Shown here piece by piece: positions 8,691-16,951 of a DNA stretch of 20,000 nucleotides. A program made the position numbers and the translations under genes. Where the stretch lies: the IMG/VR virus record IMGVR_UViG_3300020201_000017; one strand, written 5' to 3'. The notes beneath the pieces were generated by a model. It saw nothing but the letters and a program-made list of their open reading frames with translations. It was not told the DNA's origin and did no database searches. This stretch comes from an uncultured virus (IMG/VR IMGVR_UViG_3300020201_000017). Its lineage: Duplodnaviria; Heunggongvirae; Uroviricota; Caudoviricetes. Each line of letters starts with the position of its first letter. Positions within the stretch are counted from its first letter, which is position 1.

Positions 8691-9674
8691 ATGGCAGTAA
8701 TAACCATAACCATAGCTGATAGCCCAATTCAAATAATTGAAGGAATACCTCAAACTGTTGCTGTTTCAGCTAATATTGCATCAACAATATTTTATACCCT
8801 AGATGGATCTGTACCAACTATTAATTCTGATATTATTATCGGCCCAATTACTATGCCTACAGATACTGGCTCTGTAATTTTGCAAGTATTTGCCTCTAAC
8901 GGTACAGACTCGTCTGCCATAATTGAAAAAACTTATACAAACAATGTTTTTTCCTCTATGCGTAGACCAAGAGATACTATCCAAGGTACAGCTCAGCCAT
9001 TTCCTGGTCCAAATTTATTCCCATTTGGAAGCAACTCTACAGACCCAAATGTAATTTATGGAAATATTGGCGGAGAAGTTGTTAGTACACCAGGTAATAC
9101 CAATCATCCTGCTGGATGGGATGGTAAAGGGAATATTGTAGGATACACAGATCTTCCAGCAAAATCTTACCAAAATATTTATTCTGAAACGGATAGTGAA
9201 GGACGATATGGTAGATTTTTAGGAAATTTGCCTGCTAAAGTTCAAGTTCGTGTTCCACCGCCACCAACAGATGAATCACAAGAAAACTCTCTACTGTTTA
9301 ATTCAAGGTCTTTAGTTATCTTTCAGGATGGTACAAAACCACCAGTTGACCCGACGGTTGCACGTCAAAATCGTCAATTTTTCTCTCTAGAAAACTCTGA
9401 AGTGGTAAGAGATGGTTCAAATTATTACAATACCGGTCTGGAAGTTGGAGGCCCTACAGGCTCACTAACTCGGCCGCAATATAATGATAGAGATGGTACA
9501 GTAACTTATTATTATTTTGATAGTCAAAATCTTCGCTGGATTATTTCTAAAGAAAATGTTGGTGTTAGGGGTAATCCTACAGCCAATCTATCTCATATTC
9601 TAAGGTCTCCACGAGATACATCTGTTGGTAAGGTTTTCAAATGGATTCCATTTAAACGACAGTTTTTAGGATAA
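8691..9674 (+). CDS. Probable virion/structural protein with N-terminal FN3-associated (chitobiase/beta-hexosaminidase C-terminal-like) domain
   Basis: STIFYTLDGSVPTINS is the I-Y-Y-T-x-D-G-S-x-P motif of that Ig-like domain; protein is Gly/Pro/Ser/Thr-rich and Lys-poor, unlike its neighbours. Confidence 0.65.
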   Translation: MAVITITIADSPIQIIEGIPQTVAVSANIASTIFYTLDGSVPTINSDIIIGPITMPTDTGSVILQVFASNGTDSSAIIEKTYTNNVFSSMRRPRDTIQGTAQPFPGPNLFPFGSNSTDPNVIYGNIGGEVVSTPGNTNHPAGWDGKGNIVGYTDLPAKSYQNIYSETDSEGRYGRFLGNLPAKVQVRVPPPPTDESQENSLLFNSRSLVIFQDGTKPPVDPTVARQNRQFFSLENSEVVRDGSNYYNTGLEVGGPTGSLTRPQYNDRDGTVTYYYFDSQNLRWIISKENVGVRGNPTANLSHILRSPRDTSVGKVFKWIPFKRQFLG

Positions 9675-9710
9675 TTGTCGAGTGTTAATAAAATGACTAT
9701 ACATAATAGT

Positions 9711-10559
9711 ATGGTTATTCATAAAGCAATTTTATTAAATAAAAAACCTCAAGTGGCTGAAGGAGAATCTTGGCCATATTTTAATCTTAGTGTTAGTAAA
9801 GCTAAGACATTTAAAGATTGTAAAGCTAAATATAATTTTTCATATATCGAAAAACTTCCTAAAAAAGATTGGGAACATTTATCTTTTGGTAAATTTGTAC
9901 ATGAAATATTAGAAAGGTTCTACAAATATAGAATTGCTGGTAACGAAGACCCAGATCACATTTTAGTCTCTTTATCTTGTAAAGAATCTTTAGTAGAGTG
10001 GAGAGGTAAGCTCTCAGATGAATCTTTAGATTTATCTAAAGATATGATTAATCAATTTATTAAAAAATTAAAATATGATAAAGAAAATCATTTAAATCCA
10101 AATGTTATTGCTGTTGAAAAAGATTTTAATATAAGTATAGATGATAAAGTTTTATTATTAGGATTTATCGACAGAGTTCAAATTGATCGAGATGGCATAA
10201 TGTGTGTGGCAGATTATAAGACAAGTAAGAGTATGGCTTATCTTAAAAAAGATTTTTTACAATTGCAAACATATGCTATGGCTTTGTTTTTAGAAAATCC
10301 AGATGTTGAAATTATTCGAGGTTCATATATTATGTTACGTCATAAATTTGTTGAAATTACAAAAGAATTTAGAAGAAATGATGTTATGTCGTTAATAGAT
10401 ACTTTTTATGATTACTACGAACAAATTGGTAATGAAAAATTATTTAGACCAAAAGTTACACCTCTTTGTGGCTGGTGTGATTATTTAGAAAATTGTAAAG
10501 ATGGTAAGTCTTTTATGAAAATACCAGAAACGAGTCACGGTGAAACTAGTTGGTTGTAA
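9711..10559 (+). CDS. PD-(D/E)XK RecB/AddB-family nuclease with 4-Cys Fe-S staple (Cas4-like)
   Basis: LSVSKAKTFKDC, FGKFVHEILE, EKDF, GFIDRV, DYKTSK, QLQTYA and C-terminal CGWCDYLENC. Start uncertain (9675 TTG, 9693 or 9711 ATG). Confidence 0.88.
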   Translation: MVIHKAILLNKKPQVAEGESWPYFNLSVSKAKTFKDCKAKYNFSYIEKLPKKDWEHLSFGKFVHEILERFYKYRIAGNEDPDHILVSLSCKESLVEWRGKLSDESLDLSKDMINQFIKKLKYDKENHLNPNVIAVEKDFNISIDDKVLLLGFIDRVQIDRDGIMCVADYKTSKSMAYLKKDFLQLQTYAMALFLENPDVEIIRGSYIMLRHKFVEITKEFRRNDVMSLIDTFYDYYEQIGNEKLFRPKVTPLCGWCDYLENCKDGKSFMKIPETSHGETSWL

Positions 10560-10702
10560 TGGATATCTGAACGTTTCGATAAACATTTATATCATAATTA
10601 AGAAGTTATAATAAAATTATACTCAATGTTTCGTGGTTTAATATTAAGCAAATAGATAAATTAGCTAAAAATAAAAATATTATAGAAGAAGGAAAATAAA
10701 AT

Positions 10703-11923
10703 ATGAATGTTACTACACAAGAAATTGAATTTTGCAAAGTTAAAGCTAGCTATACGGCCGACAAGGAATTTGTTAAAGAAAAAAAAGATGAGGTTGTTTC
10801 TTTTTTTCAAAAACAAAAAATTCCTGGTTTTAGAAAAAACAAAGCAAGTAAATTAGTAATTTTAAATAAATATAAGCAACAAATTGAAGATAATTTGAAA
10901 CAATTATTACTCAATCAAGCTTATGAGGATGTAATTTTTGAAACAAAAATGCGTTCAATTGGTCAACCACAAATGTTAAGCATTAATCTTAAAGGTAACA
11001 GTTTTACCTGTGATCTTCTTTTTCTAAAGAAACCTGATTTTGAATTAAAAGATTTTAATGGTATGAAGGTTGTAAAGCCTAGCTCTACCAAAAACGAAAC
11101 TGAGATTGCCGAGGCTCAACTGCAAGAGTTGCGGGTTTCAGCTGGATCTTTTAAAGCGTATGATGAAAATGATTTCGTTCAATTAAAAGATAAAGTTACT
11201 TTATCACTAGATGTTTTTGTAGATGATAAAAAATCTGAAGAACTCTCGGAAGAAGGTAAACTCTATGTTGTTGGGTCCGGATTATTTAAAGAGTTTGATG
11301 AAAATATTGTAGGTATGACTTCAGGTGAAGACCGTGAGTTTGATGTTTTGCTAGATAATAAAACAAAAGCTCATGTTAAAACAACTCTGCATACTGGTTT
11401 ACGTCAAACAGCTCATCCTTTAAATGATGAACTTGCTAAGGCCTTTGGTAAAGAAACTCTTGTTGAACTGCGTGAGGCTGTTACTGGTATGGCGACAAAT
11501 CAAGTGAAAGCGGAAGTTGATGCTAAAATTAATGAGCAAATTAAATTACAATTAATTCAGATGCACGACATTGTTGTCCCAACTTGGCTTCAACAAATGG
11601 AATCGCAACAGATTGCAGCTTTTGATAAAATTAATCTTGAGTCCTGTACACCAGAAGTTTTGGAACATTATATGGATCGGGCAAAAATACAAGTTCAATT
11701 TGCTTTAATTTTAGATTCAATTCAACAAACTATACCTGAAGCCATGTTAACTGACGCTGAAGCAATGGAAGTTGTTAAAAATAAATTAGTTACGCAAGGT
11801 TATGATTATAATAATGTAGTTGGAGATAAAAATAATGCAAATCAATTATATGGTATGATGATTTCAGCGAAAAACGAATTTACACTTGGTTACATTATTG
11901 ACAAAGCGGAGATTATAGAGTAA
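10703..11923 (+). CDS. tig: Trigger factor (ribosome-associated chaperone), divergent
   Basis: N-domain signature IPGFRK; FKBP-like middle (DKVTL...VGSGLFKEFDENIVGMTSGEDREFDV); LNDELAK linker; C-domain (HDIVVP); 406 aa; GAAGGA SD. Confidence 0.92.
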   Translation: MNVTTQEIEFCKVKASYTADKEFVKEKKDEVVSFFQKQKIPGFRKNKASKLVILNKYKQQIEDNLKQLLLNQAYEDVIFETKMRSIGQPQMLSINLKGNSFTCDLLFLKKPDFELKDFNGMKVVKPSSTKNETEIAEAQLQELRVSAGSFKAYDENDFVQLKDKVTLSLDVFVDDKKSEELSEEGKLYVVGSGLFKEFDENIVGMTSGEDREFDVLLDNKTKAHVKTTLHTGLRQTAHPLNDELAKAFGKETLVELREAVTGMATNQVKAEVDAKINEQIKLQLIQMHDIVVPTWLQQMESQQIAAFDKINLESCTPEVLEHYMDRAKIQVQFALILDSIQQTIPEAMLTDAEAMEVVKNKLVTQGYDYNNVVGDKNNANQLYGMMISAKNEFTLGYIIDKAEIIE

Positions 11924-11925
11924 TT

Positions 11926-12162
11926 ATGGAAACAGATTTTAACCTAATATATGAACAAGTAAGCGTAACAATAGATTATGATAATGGTAAATTAGGCTTG
12001 AACGCTTATCATAGTGGTCCTGGATGGTATTTTTGGGAAACAGAATGCCCAAGTGAAGGTTGTAACGGCCCTTATGATATCAAAGAAGACATGATGGAAG
12101 CGATTACGTCAGTTAATGGTATAGTTGAATTTGATTATACAATAGTTAGAAAGGTAAAGTAA
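11926..12162 (+). CDS. Hypothetical protein (GWYFW...GPY motif)
   Basis: 78-aa ORF, separated by only 1-2 nt from each neighbour. Confidence 0.7.
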   Translation: METDFNLIYEQVSVTIDYDNGKLGLNAYHSGPGWYFWETECPSEGCNGPYDIKEDMMEAITSVNGIVEFDYTIVRKVK

Positions 12163-12163
12163 T

Positions 12164-12454
12164 ATGGAAATGTTGGGATTTAATATTTTAATCGAAGAAA
12201 TTAAAGAAGAGTTAGTTGAGGAGAAAACAGCCAGCGGTTTAATTGTTCCTGGAACAGCTAAAAAAGAAAGCGAATTTTTGACAGCTAAAGTCGTACGTAT
12301 AGGTCCGGGTGATTATGTTTTTAATGTTTTTGTTAAACCAACAGTTGCTGTTGGTAACACTATTGTGGTAGATAAAAAGTTCGTACGCGACTTCAAACAT
12401 GACGGAAAAGAATTTAAATTAGTTCTTCTTCGTGATGTGCTAATGACATTATGA
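12164..12454 (+). CDS. groES: Co-chaperonin GroES (Cpn10)
   Basis: Mobile loop EEKTASGLIVPGTAK, KVVRIGPG, VAVGNTIV, DGKEFKLV..RDVL; 96 aa. Confidence 0.92.
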   Translation: MEMLGFNILIEEIKEELVEEKTASGLIVPGTAKKESEFLTAKVVRIGPGDYVFNVFVKPTVAVGNTIVVDKKFVRDFKHDGKEFKLVLLRDVLMTL

Positions 12455-12552
12455 AAAACACACAAGTATTAACGGATGCTGCCTATTATGTTATATTAGT
12501 CGCAATGTGTGGTAGCTTCCTTTATGCAATTCAATTTATATATAATTTATAA
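12451..12552 (+). CDS. Small single-pass membrane protein (33 aa; below ORF-track cutoff)
   Basis: MKNTQVLTDAAYYVILVAMCGSFLYAIQFIYNL*; ATGA overlap with the groES stop; fills the intergenic gap. Confidence 0.6.
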   Translation: MKNTQVLTDAAYYVILVAMCGSFLYAIQFIYNL

Positions 12553-12568
12553 CCAGGAGTAAGAAAAA

Positions 12569-12883
12569 ATGACAAGAAAAGAACGGCCAGTAAAAAAAGA
12601 TGATGATAACGATAGTGGTTTTCCAAAGAAATGGGCAAAATCTCTTCCTGATGGATTTATGGAAGAAGTTGCTGGATTTACGGAAGATGATATTAAAAAA
12701 ACAATGCTTGCATGTAATAGCAATGTATATAATATAGAAGCTGAAGTAGATGCTGATGAAAAACTTAACGCTGCAAAAGAAGTTCTTAAAGAACTCAGCG
12801 CTGGATACAAAGAAGCTCTCAAAACTCAAAATGCAAAAATTAAATATTGCTCTTTTGAATTAAAACATCGCGGTAAAGAATAA
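12569..12883 (+). CDS. Hypothetical coiled-coil protein
   Basis: 104-aa ORF with AGGAG SD; charged helical pattern. Confidence 0.8.
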   Translation: MTRKERPVKKDDDNDSGFPKKWAKSLPDGFMEEVAGFTEDDIKKTMLACNSNVYNIEAEVDADEKLNAAKEVLKELSAGYKEALKTQNAKIKYCSFELKHRGKE

Positions 12884-12898
12884 CTATAAAGGATAACC

Positions 12899-13192
12899 TT
12901 GATTATATCAAAAACAACAACTTCAGGATGTTGTGGTAACTCAAACGGGACTACCATTATGTATCTTGAAAAGCCAATTATGAAAGCGCACGTACAAGCA
13001 TTTTTAAACGCTGGATATTTGGCTCCTTCAAGATATATCGATCAAGGTTTTTTCTATGTACGCAGAAACGGATTGGTAGCCAATTGTACCTTTGGGTCGA
13101 ATAAGGTTACCGTCCGTTGTAATGCATCCCAGAGAGATGAAAAACTAAAACAGTTTCAAGATACACTGGAAGAAACAATGTTATTAATATGA
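12899..13192 (+). CDS. Hypothetical Cys-containing protein (GCCG)
   Basis: 97-aa ORF, TTG start preceded by AAAGGA. Confidence 0.7.
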   Translation: MIISKTTTSGCCGNSNGTTIMYLEKPIMKAHVQAFLNAGYLAPSRYIDQGFFYVRRNGLVANCTFGSNKVTVRCNASQRDEKLKQFQDTLEETMLLI

Positions 13193-13330
13193 TCTGCTTA
13201 AAAAGTAATGATATTAAATTATTAAAATTTTAAATATTGATTGCGTTTATTATTTATATTTATTATGTTCCTTAAATAATGAGGATAAAAATTATTATAT
13301 TATCTAATAATTTTAAAATTATAAAATCTA

Positions 13331-13359
13331 TTGCTAATAGCTGCAAGTACCAGTATAAT
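13331..13359 (+). promoter_or_regulatory. Putative sigma70-type promoter for dnaE
   Basis: TTGCTA (13331-13336), 17-bp spacer, TATAAT (13354-13359), with a very AT-rich UP-like tract upstream. Confidence 0.55.
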
Positions 13360-13366
13360 GCAAAAG

Positions 13367-16300
13367 ATGGCATACACTAACATGCAAGAATATATTCCTT
13401 ACGTTTCTCTACATAATAATACAACTTTTTCTCTTATGGACTCTTTAATAGAACCTAAAGAGTTATTTCAGCGCGCCAAAGAATTAAATCAGCCAGCAGT
13501 GGCTGTTACCGATCATGGCACCCTGTCTGGTATTTATGAATCATATAAAGCTTCAAAAGAAACCGGTGTTAAATTAATCGTTGGAGTAAACTTTTACTTT
13601 GTTAATGATGTAAATAATAAGGATGAAAGATTACGTCATCTTATTCTTTTAGCTAAGAACAAAATCGGCTATCAGCATTTGTTAAAATTAAGCAAACTTG
13701 GATTCGATAATAGACTAGTTTCTTCCAAAAAAGTTTATCCTAGAATTGACTGGGCGCTATTGAAGGATAATTCTTCAGACCTAATCTGCACTACGGCTTG
13801 TGGTGCCGGAATTATTTCCCAACTACTTAACAAACGAGATTTTGAAGAAGCAGAAAAACAATCGCTGCAACTAAAAGAAATATTTGGTGATAATTTGTTT
13901 TTTGAAGTTCAACCAAATGCTTTAAATAGAAATGTAAATCTTTATACAGATTATGTTGACCAAATGTTTACCAATCGTCAATTAAAAAAACTTGGCGAAA
14001 AACTTGGTATTAAATTAATTGTAGCTACTGATGCCCATTATGTTACTCCAGATCAGTATGAAAGTCATGACGCTATGCTTGCAATGGGTAGTGGTCAGCC
14101 AATTTTTTCAGGTAACCGTCTAAAATATAATGTAAATGACTTTTATATCAAGTCAGGAAATGAAGTTAAGGCTTTCTTCTCTCGTGTCTGGGGTGAGGAG
14201 TTCGCTCAGTCGTTAATTAATAATACCTTAGAAATTGCTGATATGTGCGAAGATCCTTCTTGGACCAATCCGGTTGTTGCATCTGGTAAAAACAATCAAT
14301 TACCAAGATTCCCAATCGAAGATGAACCAGATTATGAATACTTTTTAGCTTGGAAATATGATAACCCAGTTGAAAATATTTCTGATGATGCACTGTTTTA
14401 TAGATACAGAAGTTTTAAATGTCTTGATGCCAAAATCAAAAAAGGTGATATCCCAGAAGAAGATCGCCAAGAATGTATTAAACAAATGGAAGAAGAGTTC
14501 GAAGTTTTTGAATTTCGTGGCTTTTCTAGCTATATGTTAATCGTAGCTGATTTTTTAAACTGGGGAAGAAGCCAAAATATTTCAATTGGTTATGGTCGAG
14601 GATCAGTCGGAGGATCTCTTACAGCTTATGTAAATGATATTCATGCAGCTTATCCCAAAAAGTTCGGCCTTATTTTTGCTAGGTTTTTAAACAAATTTAA
14701 AGATGCTTACCCGGATATAGACTCGGATATCTCTCCAAAAGGGCGAGGAGCTATTCATAATTATCTGGCTCGCAAATATGGTGCAGATAGAATAGCTCAT
14801 GTAAGCAATGTTCTTACAATGAAACCAAAAGTATATGCAAAATCTATTACTCGTACATTTGATCTTGCTGGTGATAGGAAAGAATCTGTAGTTCTTGGAC
14901 AGAAATTAGCAGATCTTATTTCCGCTGATACTAAAAAAGTTACCGATGCTTTTGAAAGAAGCCCATTATTAAATGAATATGCTGAAAAATATAAGCCGTT
15001 AAAAAATCACGCAAAAAATCTTCAAAATAAAAAAATGGCTTGGGCTACGCATGCTGCAGGTATTGTTTTATCAATTGATCCTCTTCAAGATTATTTCCCA
15101 TTAAGAATTGATAAAGAGGGTCAAATTGCTGTCGAATTTACAAAAGATGATGCCGAAGCAAACTCTCTGGTAAAAATTGATACTCTTGGCCTGAGTACAC
15201 TGGACATCATCACCGAAACAGAAAGAATTATTAAAGAGTGTGGTAAAGAAGTCCCGATTATCAATCTTAATGAATATGACGAAGCAACTTATAATCTTAT
15301 TTCTGATGGTAGAAATAATTGTGTCTTTCAACTAGGTACTTCTGGTGGAACAATTGATCTTTGCCGAAGAGTTAAACCAAAAAGCATTTATGATCTCGCT
15401 TTAATCAACGCACTTGCAAGACCATCAGCTAAAGATATTCGTAATGATTTTATTGCTACTCGTAATGGTGATGTTGCAGTAAATATTCCAAAACATTTTA
15501 TGGATAGGGCTTTTAGTAGTACGTATGGTTTCGGTTTGTTTGAGGAAAGCTTAATGTTTTTGGCTGAAGATGCGGCTGGATGGAATTTACATCAAGCTGA
15601 CAACCTTCGTAAGTTAACTAAGATGAAAGGCAAAGATCAGAAAAAAGTTGATGAGTGGCGTCAAGATTTTATTGGTGGTATGAAGAAAAAACATGACTAT
15701 TCCCAAGAAGATGGCGAAATTTTCTGGGAAAAGCACATTGCATCATTCGGCGGTTATGGTTTCAATGCTAGCCATGCGATTATGTATTCAATGGTAGGAT
15801 ATCATACAGCTTATCTTAAAGCACATTTCCCATTAGAGTTTTTGGTTGCTAATCTTAAATCTGAAGTTGCTTCAAATGCAAAAATAGCTGCCGATAATAT
15901 TATGAAAATTAAAGAAGAGATTCGTTTTTTAAATATTAAAATTATACCTCCAGATATTAATATTTCAGAAATGGATTACAAAGTAATTGATAACCATACA
16001 TTGATGACAGGACTATCAGCATTAAAATTTGTTTCCGACGATGCAATTCAAAACATACTTGAAACTCGTCCATATACATCTTTCGAAGATTTTCTTGCAA
16101 AAACTAATTCATCAAAAGTCAGAAGCACTGCTATTCAAGCTTTAGCTGCCTCGGGCTGTTTTGATTCGATTGCGCACACACTCACGCGCAAGCAGATGTA
16201 CTTATACGCCTCAGATTTTAAAAAGAAATTTCAAGCTTATGCTAAGAGTAAAGCAAAGAATCCTGCAAAATATCCTACATTTAATTATCCTTGGCCAGAA

Positions 16301-16951
16301 GAAGCTGAGTGGAGTATTCCTGAAATATTTGCTTTGGAAAAACGTTATCTTGGCGAGGGTCTTACGGGAACCAAGTTTGATGTATTTGGTAAATTTTTTA
16401 AGCCAGGCGATATTAATTTCAAAAAACTGGATAAAATATTTCCTCCACCACCAGATGATATGGATGAATCTGATTTAAAAAAATATTCGCAGCGTGTAGA
16501 TAATCTTAAGGGTGAGATTAAGCAGATATTTGAATTCAACGTTAAGAAAGAAGATTCAAAATTATTTGGACAAACGATGGCAAAAATGCTGATTGAAGAT
16601 CCTTTTGGCAATCAAATGCGCGTTACTTTATTTCCTGATGGCCTAGATGGTGTCAAAAAGAAATGTTTAGAAACCAGCAATAAACGCCAGCCGTTAGCGG
16701 TCGGGATAGCTGTGAAGCTTATTGGAAATCTTCAGTATTATGAAGGGACGATGGGGTGTATTATTACTGATATTCGAGGTTTGGCCATGGCTCCGCAAGA
16801 ACCGAGTGAATTAAAATCTAGGAAGATAGTTATGAAAAAAGAAAAAGTTATTAAGCAAATTAATCTTGAAGACTTTGATCGTAATGATATTCTTGATGAT
16901 TTAGAAGAAGATTTAGCTTACGGTGAAAATGGTGATATTATAGATGAGTGA
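13367..16951 (+). CDS. dnaE: DNA polymerase III alpha subunit (DnaE, family C)
   Basis: PHP domain (TDHG, HLILLAKN, TDAHY), GRGSVGGSL, catalytic PDIDSD and KIDTLGL, YGFNASHA, HhH region, C-terminal OB fold. No intein-sized insertion. Start probably ATG 13367 or 13382, not TTG 13331. Confidence 0.97.
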   Translation: MAYTNMQEYIPYVSLHNNTTFSLMDSLIEPKELFQRAKELNQPAVAVTDHGTLSGIYESYKASKETGVKLIVGVNFYFVNDVNNKDERLRHLILLAKNKIGYQHLLKLSKLGFDNRLVSSKKVYPRIDWALLKDNSSDLICTTACGAGIISQLLNKRDFEEAEKQSLQLKEIFGDNLFFEVQPNALNRNVNLYTDYVDQMFTNRQLKKLGEKLGIKLIVATDAHYVTPDQYESHDAMLAMGSGQPIFSGNRLKYNVNDFYIKSGNEVKAFFSRVWGEEFAQSLINNTLEIADMCEDPSWTNPVVASGKNNQLPRFPIEDEPDYEYFLAWKYDNPVENISDDALFYRYRSFKCLDAKIKKGDIPEEDRQECIKQMEEEFEVFEFRGFSSYMLIVADFLNWGRSQNISIGYGRGSVGGSLTAYVNDIHAAYPKKFGLIFARFLNKFKDAYPDIDSDISPKGRGAIHNYLARKYGADRIAHVSNVLTMKPKVYAKSITRTFDLAGDRKESVVLGQKLADLISADTKKVTDAFERSPLLNEYAEKYKPLKNHAKNLQNKKMAWATHAAGIVLSIDPLQDYFPLRIDKEGQIAVEFTKDDAEANSLVKIDTLGLSTLDIITETERIIKECGKEVPIINLNEYDEATYNLISDGRNNCVFQLGTSGGTIDLCRRVKPKSIYDLALINALARPSAKDIRNDFIATRNGDVAVNIPKHFMDRAFSSTYGFGLFEESLMFLAEDAAGWNLHQADNLRKLTKMKGKDQKKVDEWRQDFIGGMKKKHDYSQEDGEIFWEKHIASFGGYGFNASHAIMYSMVGYHTAYLKAHFPLEFLVANLKSEVASNAKIAADNIMKIKEEIRFLNIKIIPPDINISEMDYKVIDNHTLMTGLSALKFVSDDAIQNILETRPYTSFEDFLAKTNSSKVRSTAIQALAASGCFDSIAHTLTRKQMYLYASDFKKKFQAYAKSKAKNPAKYPTFNYPWPEEAEWSIPEIFALEKRYLGEGLTGTKFDVFGKFFKPGDINFKKLDKIFPPPPDDMDESDLKKYSQRVDNLKGEIKQIFEFNVKKEDSKLFGQTMAKMLIEDPFGNQMRVTLFPDGLDGVKKKCLETSNKRQPLAVGIAVKLIGNLQYYEGTMGCIITDIRGLAMAPQEPSELKSRKIVMKKEKVIKQINLEDFDRNDILDDLEEDLAYGENGDIIDE

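Noticed and set aside
9711..10702. CRISPR-Cas locus suggested by the Cas4-like nuclease
   Set aside because: No repeat-spacer array in any gap and no cas1/cas2; solo RecB-family nucleases are common in phages.
13193..13330. Replication origin or tRNA/ncRNA in the AT-rich gap
   Set aside because: No iterons, DnaA boxes, cloverleaf or GC-rich stems seen; explained adequately as promoter/UP region.
14358..16478. Alternative-frame + strand ORFs at 14358-14540 and 16161-16478
   Set aside because: Entirely inside dnaE, no motifs or convincing ribosome-binding sites.
13367..16951. Intein or intron in dnaE
   Set aside because: Length is normal (~1190 aa), motifs are contiguous and no intein splice junctions are visible.
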